Virus record (IMG/VR): IMGVR_UViG_3300020044_008512
Span: 1 to 52,020 of that record
Reading direction: 5' to 3' (one strand)
Length of the DNA: 52,020 nt
From: a virus
Lineage: Duplodnaviria; Caudoviricetes
The notes beneath the pieces are model-generated. The model was not told where the DNA came from, ran no database searches, and saw only the letters and a list, made by a program, of their open reading frames with translations. Below, piece after piece: positions 28,638 to 36,386 of the stretch (positions are counted from its first letter, which is position 1; every line of letters starts with the position of its first letter). The translations under genes and the position numbers were made by a program.

Positions 28638-29771
28638 TCACACGCCATGTCCGAAGTAACCGCCCTCGGCTTCGTATGCCGCCCACTCTGCCTCAGACTT
28701 TGCCATTGAGTCATCTTTCTTGCTGGCAGCGACTTGCTCCTGTTCAAGAGCTCTGCACAGCTGCTGAAGACTGAGGAAGTTGTCCGAGCACTGCTCGAAT
28801 ATCTCGTGATAAAGCTCGGAATACTGACCATCGCCAAGCTCGTCGATAATGTCGAACAGCTCCTCGTCGTCGACGCCCATGAGCGCCGCTTTCTCCGCAA
28901 TCTTGGCAAGCGCTTCTTGCGCATTGCTGTATCGCTTGTATGTGTTTTGAGCGAGCGGTTTGTTTTTGTTTGGGCAGTTCTCCTCTGCGTGTGTTTGCCA
29001 GCTGTTGCAATTCTTGCACCAGTTGCCATGACCAAACCCGTTGAAGCTTGCATGCGATGAAGCATACACATGCACTGGCTCAACGACATAGTTGGACTTC
29101 CAGATGTCATTGAACGGATGGTCTTTGGGCGCTGGCACGCACATCTGGTCGCGAGCAACTTTGTTCATAATCTGCAACGGGTCGAAGCCCAAGTCAGACA
29201 CGAACTTGATTTTCTCCATCGCCTCATTGCCGATGTCCCAGAACGCCGCCATGTCAGGCTCGAACTTGTTGCCTTTGATATACAGCCTGCAATGGATGTC
29301 ATGCCGAGGGCTGTCCATCTTGCCGATTGTGATGTGCAAGCCGTCCACGCCCTTCTCGTCTGCGGTGTCGGTTGAGCTTTGGAACGCAGTCGCTGAGCAA
29401 TGATGATGCACTGTGCCGAATGGAACATAGCCTTCAGGAATGTTCAGCGCTCGCTGAGTCTTGAATTCTTGGTTGTCCAGCTCCTTGGTGGTCATTGATG
29501 TTCCGCCTTTCTGCGGGAACGCCCACGCCATCCAGCCATGCTCGGGATGAACAAACAGGCGAACTTGCGACTCGCTCTTTTCGGTGTCTTGAGTCCACTT
29601 GAAGAACGCAAGAACTTCGCGCCACATCTCGGGGTCCATCTTCTTGCCTTTCCAAGTGAAGTCGCCTTTCGTTGACTTGACTTCGTGCTCAAGAAGACAC
29701 TCGAACAATCCGTGGACTTCTTTAAGCTCAACTGACTTGCCGCTGCTTTCTGTGATGGTTGCTGATTTCAT
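28638..29771 (-). CDS. JAB/MPN+ metallopeptidase (deconjugase), PRTRC protein A-like, with C-terminal extension
   Basis: Catalytic Glu in ESQVRLF; HxH...S..D motif GTVHHHCSATAFQSSTDTADE; GLHITIG. Confidence 0.82.
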   Translation of the reverse strand: MKSATITESSGKSVELKEVHGLFECLLEHEVKSTKGDFTWKGKKMDPEMWREVLAFFKWTQDTEKSESQVRLFVHPEHGWMAWAFPQKGGTSMTTKELDNQEFKTQRALNIPEGYVPFGTVHHHCSATAFQSSTDTADEKGVDGLHITIGKMDSPRHDIHCRLYIKGNKFEPDMAAFWDIGNEAMEKIKFVSDLGFDPLQIMNKVARDQMCVPAPKDHPFNDIWKSNYVVEPVHVYASSHASFNGFGHGNWCKNCNSWQTHAEENCPNKNKPLAQNTYKRYSNAQEALAKIAEKAALMGVDDEELFDIIDELGDGQYSELYHEIFEQCSDNFLSLQQLCRALEQEQVAASKKDDSMAKSEAEWAAYEAEGGYFGHGV

Positions 29772-29774
29772 ATG

Positions 29775-30425
29775 TTAGTTGCTGTTGTCTTCCAATGCGG
29801 TTTCGTAATCGTTACCAAGGTTTGTGCGAACTGCCTCAAGGAGCCGAGTGCGAAGCTGGCGATAACCGCCGTCAGGTTCAGCTTCGAAGTTGTCTGTGTG
29901 GTCAAACTCTTCGTTGTCGTATTCATATCCGTCATAAGACTCCATTAAGCTAGAGTCATAATTCTCGGATACTTCGTCATGGAGCATGTCGGTAATTTCC
30001 TGAACTGATTTGCCATCGTCAATCCATTGTTGAATGTCATCCATCGTTGTGCTGCTCATGTACGAACCGCTCCTGCGAACAGAATAATCGCACCTGCCAT
30101 ACTCGACATCGGAAATAGACCACTCGACATCGAACAAAATACGACCATCTGGATTGTACTTGCGCATGGCGGCGCCAGTCTTTGACTCAAAGTTTTCTTC
30201 GACCCAGTTTTTAAGAGCGTCAAACCCAACCAATTCCTTGGGCGGCTCTTTGAGCAGGATGCGCATCATCTGCGCTCTGACAATCGGATTGTTAGGCGAC
30301 AGCTTGATAAGCTCAATGAAGCTAGCAGTGAAGTGCTCTTCGATTTTGCTTTTCTTGACTGGCGCTGGCGCTGGAGCTTCGGTGATTACTGCGGGGACAA
30401 TTTGTTCTGCGGTTGTATCATTCAT
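29775..30425 (-). CDS. Acidic hypothetical protein within the Ubl operon
   Basis: 216 aa; overlaps the E1 stop and lies 3 nt from the JAB start. Confidence 0.7.
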   Translation of the reverse strand: MNDTTAEQIVPAVITEAPAPAPVKKSKIEEHFTASFIELIKLSPNNPIVRAQMMRILLKEPPKELVGFDALKNWVEENFESKTGAAMRKYNPDGRILFDVEWSISDVEYGRCDYSVRRSGSYMSSTTMDDIQQWIDDGKSVQEITDMLHDEVSENYDSSLMESYDGYEYDNEEFDHTDNFEAEPDGGYRQLRTRLLEAVRTNLGNDYETALEDNSN

Positions 30426-31095
30426 TGGTTTTTGTGTGGTTGATTTGTTTAACTACTTCGTAACTGGACATGTTTTGACGGATGCGGTAAGGCAGGTGTG
30501 CTTGAGCTTCGCGGTTAAACTTGTTGCGTTCCATGTGCCATAGAACGAACAGATGTTGCATCAATGCCGCAGCCATGAAGTTGGCTGACACCAGCTGCCT
30601 GTTGTTTTTCTGTGCTTCTCCCGTGCAGCCGATTGCCGCATGGCGCGGGTCATCGGATGCGTCGGTAGAAATTTCTGGATAATAGCGCTGAGGGTCCATT
30701 TCACTACCCTGCCACTTGGGGTCATAATAGTAAGCCTCAGCACTAGTTACCTCGTTAGCGCCGAATATAGCTTTGCAGCCATACACATCGCATGATTCAA
30801 GCACGGCTTTCCTTGCCGGATTGTTGTCAACGCCGACAAGCAGCCAGTCCTGCCTGTTCAGGTGGATTGAGCCGTGCGAGTAATAGCCGCAAGGAGCAGC
30901 AACGCAGCCATACTTGGCCGCGAGAGCTTGCGCCTTCGGCTTGCCGATGTCCTCTTCGGTAAACAGCTGACGATTGAGGTTTTTATGCTCAAGTGTGTCG
31001 CCGTCGACGACAATGACTTCGCTTGGTGATTTGAGCAGACATATTGCGGGAGTAAGCCAGGAGCCTACACCGCCAGCGCCGATTATGTATATCAT
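30418..31095 (-). CDS. E1/ThiF-family Ubl-activating enzyme
   Basis: IIGAGGVGS, VDGD, NLNRQ, GKPKA, GVDNNPAR; candidate catalytic Cys in AAIGCTG. Confidence 0.9.
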   Translation of the reverse strand: MIYIIGAGGVGSWLTPAICLLKSPSEVIVVDGDTLEHKNLNRQLFTEEDIGKPKAQALAAKYGCVAAPCGYYSHGSIHLNRQDWLLVGVDNNPARKAVLESCDVYGCKAIFGANEVTSAEAYYYDPKWQGSEMDPQRYYPEISTDASDDPRHAAIGCTGEAQKNNRQLVSANFMAAALMQHLFVLWHMERNKFNREAQAHLPYRIRQNMSSYEVVKQINHTKTNE

Positions 31096-31096
31096 A

Positions 31097-31414
31097 TTAA
31101 AAAGGAGCTTGTGATGAAACTACCTTGTCAAAGAAGTTGCTCATGTTTGTTTGCATGTTTGGCGCACTCTTTAGCGTTTTGTATCTCTCAAACATGTTGT
31201 GCATATGAGTGTGAAAACTTTCTCGATGTTCTAAATTAGGCAGCAGCTGTATAAGCAGATTGCTGTTATGATATGCAGCAACCATTATTTTGTGCCTATT
31301 TGTACATTCGCTGATTGCGGATTTGTATGACTGGTCGATGTCTTCGATGATTGGCTTTGTTGTGGTTTGAGAGGAGCGCTTAAGCTCTTCGTAAAACATT
31401 TGTTCTATTTTCAT
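31097..31414 (-). CDS. Hypothetical helical protein within the Ubl operon
   Basis: 105 aa; coupled to E2 (ATGA overlap) and E1 (1 nt gap). Confidence 0.65.
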   Translation of the reverse strand: MKIEQMFYEELKRSSQTTTKPIIEDIDQSYKSAISECTNRHKIMVAAYHNSNLLIQLLPNLEHRESFHTHMHNMFERYKTLKSAPNMQTNMSNFFDKVVSSQAPF

Positions 31415-32163
31415 ATGGATGATGCGACGATGTCGGTTACACGTGTTGCGATTTTAGTGCATAGGTTTGACCAATGAGTTGACTCGTCCATTGGCACTTG
31501 CTCAACGGATGTTTCGGTTGGCTTGAACATAAACATGCTGCCAGCTTTCTGAGATGTTTGAGAACTGTTCAAATCGCTGTTCCAGGCTGAGTTGTAGAAC
31601 TGGCCGAGAGCCAGCGCAAACGCGGCTTGGATGCTTTCTGCGCCGCCATCGAACCTGCCCATGCAGACTGCGCCATCTTCAAAGATGTTCGGGAGCGGAA
31701 GCTTCCAAGCAACTTTGTTGGCGTCCAATGCAAACAAGTAGTTTGATTGGTCAGGCTGCGTTTTTGGACAGAGTCGAGGAATGTTCCAGTTATAAACCTT
31801 GGACACAAAGTATAGGCTCATGCTTTCTGGGCACACCCACTTCGGACTCATGATTGGATGCTGTTTTGATTGCGAATCATCGGTTTTGATGAATATCGGA
31901 CGAAGTATTTTATCGTCTGGGTTGAGATAGTAATGCGATGTCAGCGTGATGCTGTGCAGTCGGGTGAACACAAACAATTCGTTTTTCTTGAACGACATGT
32001 GCACGGGATTGTCGCCGAAGTAAAACGCGTTGCAGATTTTGTGAACCATTTCGCTGGCGAATGATTCTGCGATTGTTGATGAGAGTTCGCGAGGCTCTTG
32101 GCTCTCTTGAACGCTGAAACATGTGCCGTCTGGATTGATTCGTATATAGTTTTGGAAGTTCAT
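31411..32163 (-). CDS. Prokaryotic E2-like conjugating enzyme (Prok-E2 family D/PRTRC protein B-like)
   Basis: LPLPNIFEDGAVCMG matches the E2 (H)PNIxxxGxICL active-site motif; FYNSAWNSDL downstream. Confidence 0.78.
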   Translation of the reverse strand: MNFQNYIRINPDGTCFSVQESQEPRELSSTIAESFASEMVHKICNAFYFGDNPVHMSFKKNELFVFTRLHSITLTSHYYLNPDDKILRPIFIKTDDSQSKQHPIMSPKWVCPESMSLYFVSKVYNWNIPRLCPKTQPDQSNYLFALDANKVAWKLPLPNIFEDGAVCMGRFDGGAESIQAAFALALGQFYNSAWNSDLNSSQTSQKAGSMFMFKPTETSVEQVPMDESTHWSNLCTKIATRVTDIVASSI

Positions 32164-32185
32164 TTTGTTGTACGGTTTAATGGTT

Positions 32186-32220
32186 AAAAAAAGGGGCGGC
32201 AGGTTTTACCCTGCCGCCCC
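32186..32220 (-). terminator. Intrinsic terminator between the Ubl and E2 genes
   Basis: 11-bp perfect stem GGGGCGGCAGG/CCTGCCGCCCC + T7 on the - strand. Confidence 0.85.
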
Positions 32221-32238
32221 AAGTGGATTTGCTACCGA

Positions 32239-32460
32239 TTATGCCTTGCTGTTGGCGCGAGTCTCGAGAGAAACGATAGTGCCGTTGCCGGGAATCGCAT
32301 CGCCAGGCATCTCAACGCTGTTGACGAGCGCACGGACATTGTCGCCGTAGCCAAGCACGACGCGAGTGGTCGGGTCAGCAATAATCTGAGCGATGGTGGT
32401 GTTTTCGTTGACGATGACGTTGCGAACTTCGGAGCCGTATTTGATGGTGATGGTCTTCAT
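32239..32460 (-). CDS. Ubiquitin-like beta-grasp protein (Ubl)
   Basis: 73 aa; beta-beta-alpha-beta-beta-beta pattern (TITIKY, RNVIV, TTIAQII, ALVN, GTIVSLE) with a free tail TRANSKA; leads the E2/E1/JAB operon. Confidence 0.75.
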   Translation of the reverse strand: MKTITIKYGSEVRNVIVNENTTIAQIIADPTTRVVLGYGDNVRALVNSVEMPGDAIPGNGTIVSLETRANSKA

Positions 32461-32645
32461 AGGTTTATTACTGTTGTTCTGCGTTGCAAGGAGACTTGCG
32501 TCTCGGTTGAATGGCTTGCGTCCATTGATTTTTCACTTCTCTGTATATCAACCCACTCAAGTGGGCTGATTGCAAAGCACAGACTTTGCGCGGTCTGTGA
32601 GCGCGTGATGTTATACAGCGTATGCCTTTTTGTGCGCGGCTGCAA
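32457..32645 (-). CDS. Small hypothetical protein (start uncertain)
   Basis: Stop overlaps the Ubl ATG (ATGA). Confidence 0.35.
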   Translation of the reverse strand: MQPRTKRHTLYNITRSQTAQSLCFAISPLEWVDIQRSEKSMDASHSTETQVSLQRRTTVINL

Positions 32646-32856
32646 TCATTTCCATGCGAGCCTTGCGCTTGTTGTAGTCATCCCATGAATCAACAACGTC
32701 TGAAGTTGCTTTGTTCTCAAGCTGGATGCGCTTGATGATTCTAAACGCCTCGGCTCTTAGCGAACCGCCTCTGTGACGAAACTTTATTTTGTTTGGCGCT
32801 TCGTGCCAACTATTGCCCCGCATGTTGCGGTTGTGCAAGTCTCCGTGATGATTCAC
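32611..32856 (-). CDS. Small basic hypothetical protein
   Basis: Coupled to the upstream ORF. Confidence 0.5.
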   Translation of the reverse strand: MNHHGDLHNRNMRGNSWHEAPNKIKFRHRGGSLRAEAFRIIKRIQLENKATSDVVDSWDDYNKRKARMEMIAAAHKKAYAV

Positions 32857-33086
32857 AGTCTACCTCCAGTCAGATAGCCGAACTTGATTGCTTTGTTGTT
32901 CTCAACGCGACGAACACGTTTGTGGAATGCAACGAATCCGCAAACAGGGCAAGCAAGTTTGTTGCATCTGCATTTGTTGGCTCGAAGACCAGCCATCTTG
33001 ATGATAAACGGTTCGGCTTTGCTGAGTGTTTCGTCGTCGCGTATTTCGCGAGTGACTCTGGAGTAATTAATGAGTGTAGTGTGCAT
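32853..33086 (-). CDS. Small Cys-rich hypothetical protein
   Basis: CRC...CPVC; coupled ORFs. Confidence 0.55.
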   Translation of the reverse strand: MHTTLINYSRVTREIRDDETLSKAEPFIIKMAGLRANKCRCNKLACPVCGFVAFHKRVRRVENNKAIKFGYLTGGRL

Positions 33087-33087
33087 A

Positions 33088-33354
33088 TTATTTTAACGAT
33101 ACTAGTTGAGTTGTCATTTTGTGAGTTCCAGAGCCTCGCCCCGTGTATTTTCCATACGGAACATACCTGCGATAGTTCTGAAAGTTTTCAGCTGACATAA
33201 CCATCAATGTCGGAGCGGTTTTGCTCGAATAATTCATGTCGCCTTTGTATTTTTTGACATGCTTCGATGCGCATGAAATGCATATTTCCAAACCAATCTT
33301 TGCGCGTATTGGTTCGATTGCTTTGTGGCAGATTGAACAGATTGTAATCTTCAT
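33088..33354 (-). CDS. DksA/TraR-type C4 zinc-finger protein
   Basis: CSICHKAIEPIR......CISC. Confidence 0.55.
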   Translation of the reverse strand: MKITICSICHKAIEPIRAKIGLEICISCASKHVKKYKGDMNYSSKTAPTLMVMSAENFQNYRRYVPYGKYTGRGSGTHKMTTQLVSLK

Positions 33355-33638
33355 TTGATTGTAACATTCTTGCGTTGTTTGCCGAACTTCAACGCGTCTT
33401 TGTGGTTGTTGAAGTAAATGTCGATGCGATTGTCAAATCGCTTGGCTAATCTGTCTTGGACAATGTATGTGTGACCATCAATCAGCACTTTTGTGCCGAA
33501 TGGGATAGACCGACTCGCCGCGACTGTGACGCCTTGCTTTGGCGTGTGTCCATCGGCGGTTTTGGCTGTCTTGAACCATGAACCACAGCAGATATGGCAG
33601 GCGCAATAGGCTGTGACGACTGCGTTAGTGAGTATCAT
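33351..33638 (-). CDS. 3D-domain (MltA-like) cell-wall hydrolase
   Basis: VTAYC, KTADG, TVAA, IPFGTKV, VQDR, RIDIYF, ALKFG. Confidence 0.85.
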   Translation of the reverse strand: MILTNAVVTAYCACHICCGSWFKTAKTADGHTPKQGVTVAASRSIPFGTKVLIDGHTYIVQDRLAKRFDNRIDIYFNNHKDALKFGKQRKNVTIK

Positions 33639-33735
33639 ATGTTATATCTTTGATAGAATAGCTAGAATGATAACGGAGACTTCCATTGCAATGAAAGACC
33701 AGAGAATTTTGCGTTCAGGTGACATAATATTTAAT

Positions 33736-33769
33736 AAAAAGGCGGTCAGGTTTGCTGTCCCTGACCGCC
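33736..33769 (-). terminator. Intrinsic terminator
   Basis: 10-bp stem GGCGGTCAGG/CCTGACCGCC + TTTTT on the - strand, 10 nt after the stop of 33780-34280. Confidence 0.8.
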
Positions 33770-33779
33770 GTTGATTGGA

Positions 33780-34280
33780 TTAGGAGACTTGATTCAAGGC
33801 TTCGAGCAGCACAACTTCCGACTTGGACTGCGCAGCTTCTACGATTGCAAGCTGCTCGTCTTCCTTGAGCTGGCGCATCGCTTCGACGAGCTGCTCGCGG
33901 CTGATGGTGTGCGTTTGACGCGTGCAGGAGACCAGATTCATGGTCGCCGTGACTTTGCCTGACTTGCTGACACGTTTCGTGAGCCGGCCACCAGTCCAAT
34001 CGGGAGACGCAGCCATCTGCGCGAACTCGCCGATTGCCGCTTCCTTGACCTTGTCGGTCAGGGCCAGGATGGCAGCATCAATCTGGGCTGAATCAGTCTT
34101 CGTGTTCAATCCGAGCCGCTTGGCAAGGTCTTTACGCTTTTCGATGGTCAAAGACATACCGACGACAGGATTCTTCTCGCCTTCCGCAGCTTTAGGGTCT
34201 TGAAGACGAACCTTCGAGACGATACCCAAAGACAATTCGGGAGCGGTGAAGTTGAACAGGCTGATTTGTTGGTTTTTCAT
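33780..34280 (-). CDS. Hypothetical early protein
   Basis: 166 aa; own terminator and structured leader. Confidence 0.7.
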   Translation of the reverse strand: MKNQQISLFNFTAPELSLGIVSKVRLQDPKAAEGEKNPVVGMSLTIEKRKDLAKRLGLNTKTDSAQIDAAILALTDKVKEAAIGEFAQMAASPDWTGGRLTKRVSKSGKVTATMNLVSCTRQTHTISREQLVEAMRQLKEDEQLAIVEAAQSKSEVVLLEALNQVS

Positions 34281-34404
34281 ACTATTTTGTGGTTTTAACT
34301 GAGTTTACTACGTTTCACGGATTCATTCCGCGTCAGCTTGGTATGAGCTGAAAGCGAGAGTCAGGCAGACCCCGCTTTCAAACCACGACCACCACAATTT
34401 AGCA

Positions 34405-34581
34405 TTACGCATCGGCAACCATGTTCAAAGCAGCAACAGGATTGGTGAGCAGCAACCACTTGAGCTGGTTATCGTCCAACTCGAACTTGACCACGCTGCG
34501 CGGACTCTTGGCAGGCACTTTCTTCGTTTTCTTAACACGATTGACTTTGTAGCTGAGACCTAACTCGTTTTGGTTTTTCAT
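34405..34581 (-). CDS. Small hypothetical protein (58 aa, MKNQNELGLSYK...), not in the ORF track
   Basis: Hand translation ATG 34581 to TAA 34405. Confidence 0.5.
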   Translation of the reverse strand: MKNQNELGLSYKVNRVKKTKKVPAKSPRSVVKFELDDNQLKWLLLTNPVAALNMVADA

Positions 34582-34693
34582 TATAACTTTGGGGACACTA
34601 TCTTACTGGGAATCATGTCCTTACACATATAGGAACTGTGATACCGTCCGAATTAAGGTTGCCAACTCGAAAGCTTGCCATTTCACCCAGAAC

Positions 34694-34722
34694 TTGACAC
34701 CAATCTGTCCCTCGCATATTGT
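34694..34722 (+). promoter_or_regulatory. Sigma70-type promoter TTGACA-N17-TATTGT, probably leaderless
   Basis: Consensus -35 and 17-nt spacer; ATG 7 nt downstream. Confidence 0.6.
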
Positions 34723-34729
34723 CCCACAA

Positions 34730-34978
34730 ATGGCACAGCATGGCGTCCAGCACCAAGCAGCTTGCGACTTACAGAAACTGTTGATACACAAGGCGAGTCA
34801 GCCCGAGACGACAGCCCAAGAAGCAGCAGTAGCAATCAGAGAATGGCAATCGCTCGAGAGATTGAAGCGAGAGATGCGAGGCATTCCTCCACTCAAAGCT
34901 GCCAGCGTGACCGAAACGCTTTCGCTGCGCAAAGCCAAGCAGTTTGCCATCGGATCACACGAACCCGTCGAAGTTTAA
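34730..34978 (+). CDS. Small helical protein, possible terminase small subunit
   Basis: 82 aa from ATG 34730; lone + strand gene with its own promoter; function is a guess. Confidence 0.4.
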   Translation: MAQHGVQHQAACDLQKLLIHKASQPETTAQEAAVAIREWQSLERLKREMRGIPPLKAASVTETLSLRKAKQFAIGSHEPVEV

Positions 34979-35678
34979 GGAATCTCTTTTCGCCAAACCC
35001 GTCCCCACCCTGCCGCCGATGGACGCCCCAATCGCCGAATGGTAGACAAATCACACACAGCCTCACGATAGCTACCAGTTTTTAGCACGGTTCTTCATAC
35101 AAGCACTAGGGAGGTTCAACGCGCCAGGGGGTGGGGGTGGTCTTGCAATCAGGTAACTGCTTTATAAAAGCTCTTCAGGGTGGTCTACTAAGTCTTTTGA
35201 GCAAATTAGCTCTACTGCTCAATGACTGCTGCTGTATGAAGAATTCAGCACTTAACTGTTCTAACCTAAATGGTTATTCAGTCTTCTAGTAATCAGGGCA
35301 TAGCACGCCCTTAATAGAATAAGTTCCGTGGCTGGAGAGCTTCCAGAACCGACGGGTTTCCCTGTCCTTGCCGTATGCAATAGCCGGTTAGCGATGCACG
35401 AAGGGGAAACTGACTGTGGTCTTCGACGGCTTGTTCAAACGGGGCGTGTTTCGGGTTTCACCAGAGGGTGTCCCTATCATGAGGCCTGCCATGAACAGAT
35501 TGCTTACTGAAGCTAATGGGCTGTTATTACCGCAGCCGAGGTTGTTTGATTTTATCGAAGAGGAGGAGGGGGCTGACATTGCTGCCAGCCCCCCGATATG
35601 AACGGGCATCACACCGTTCTGGCGCAGAGCCAGATTCAGAAATTGTTGCACGATGCCGTTCATGTTTCTACAAATAGC

Positions 35679-35879
35679 TCACTGCTGAGTAGCTGTCAAA
35701 GTATTATTTGAATTACTTTGAACTCGCCAATCAACCAGCTGCGGAACCGAATACTCCCTGCATTCCCTGAAGTCGCGAATCATGTTTTCAATGATGACCG
35801 TGTTGTTCATCTTTGAATCCTTTGCCATCTCAGGAATCCTGTCCGCTATGTCAGCGGCAAGTAAGTGAATGTTCACCAT
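35679..35879 (-). CDS. Hypothetical protein
   Basis: Overlaps the stop of the SSB-like gene. Confidence 0.5.
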   Translation of the reverse strand: MVNIHLLAADIADRIPEMAKDSKMNNTVIIENMIRDFRECREYSVPQLVDWRVQSNSNNTLTATQQ

Positions 35880-36157
35880 GGCACCTCATCACCATCTTTG
35901 ACATCATCAGTAGGCTCAGCCTTGGGAGCAAAACCCTTCTTGTCCCAAACCTTGCCGTTGCCAAGAATCGGCATGTCTTTTTTCTGCTGCCGCTCTTCCT
36001 TGGTGACACCCTGCTTCACAATGTAATCGCCGTAGTCGCTGGTCGGAGTCTCAAACAAAACCAACTCCGCATACACGGCTTCCTTGCCGTTTTTCTTGGT
36101 CACTCGCTTGAAACGAGCTTTGTCCAGAAGAGTGACATCAATGCTTAGAGTAATCAT
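35873..36157 (-). CDS. Single-stranded DNA-binding-like protein
   Basis: ITLSIDVTLLDK...VKQGVTKEER...PILGNGK and acidic-aromatic tail DDVKDGDEVPW. Confidence 0.65.
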   Translation of the reverse strand: MITLSIDVTLLDKARFKRVTKKNGKEAVYAELVLFETPTSDYGDYIVKQGVTKEERQQKKDMPILGNGKVWDKKGFAPKAEPTDDVKDGDEVPW

Positions 36158-36158
36158 G

Positions 36159-36380
36159 TTAGTTGGAGGCAGGTGTTTCAGTCTGGGCGGTGGCGGAAGC
36201 GCGGGTGATGGAGTTATGAAGCGCCTCAAACTTGGCGCATTCCAACGCACCAACCACATCCATCACATTGAACTGACCCTTGTACTTTTCAGCCACGCCC
36301 TTGATGAGCTGGTTGATGCCCTGCACGAGCACGATTTGGGGGTTGATGTCCTGGGCTTCCTGCTGTTCTTGATTTTCCAT
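36159..36380 (-). CDS. Hypothetical protein
   Basis: 73 aa with DVVGALECAKFE helix. Confidence 0.6.
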   Translation of the reverse strand: MENQEQQEAQDINPQIVLVQGINQLIKGVAEKYKGQFNVMDVVGALECAKFEALHNSITRASATAQTETPASN

Positions 36381-36386
36381 ATATGC

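Noticed and set aside
30418-31095. ThiF as a thiamine/molybdopterin biosynthesis gene
   Set aside because: No thiG/thiS-GG/moaE context and no paired CxxC Zn motifs; its neighbours are E2 and JAB
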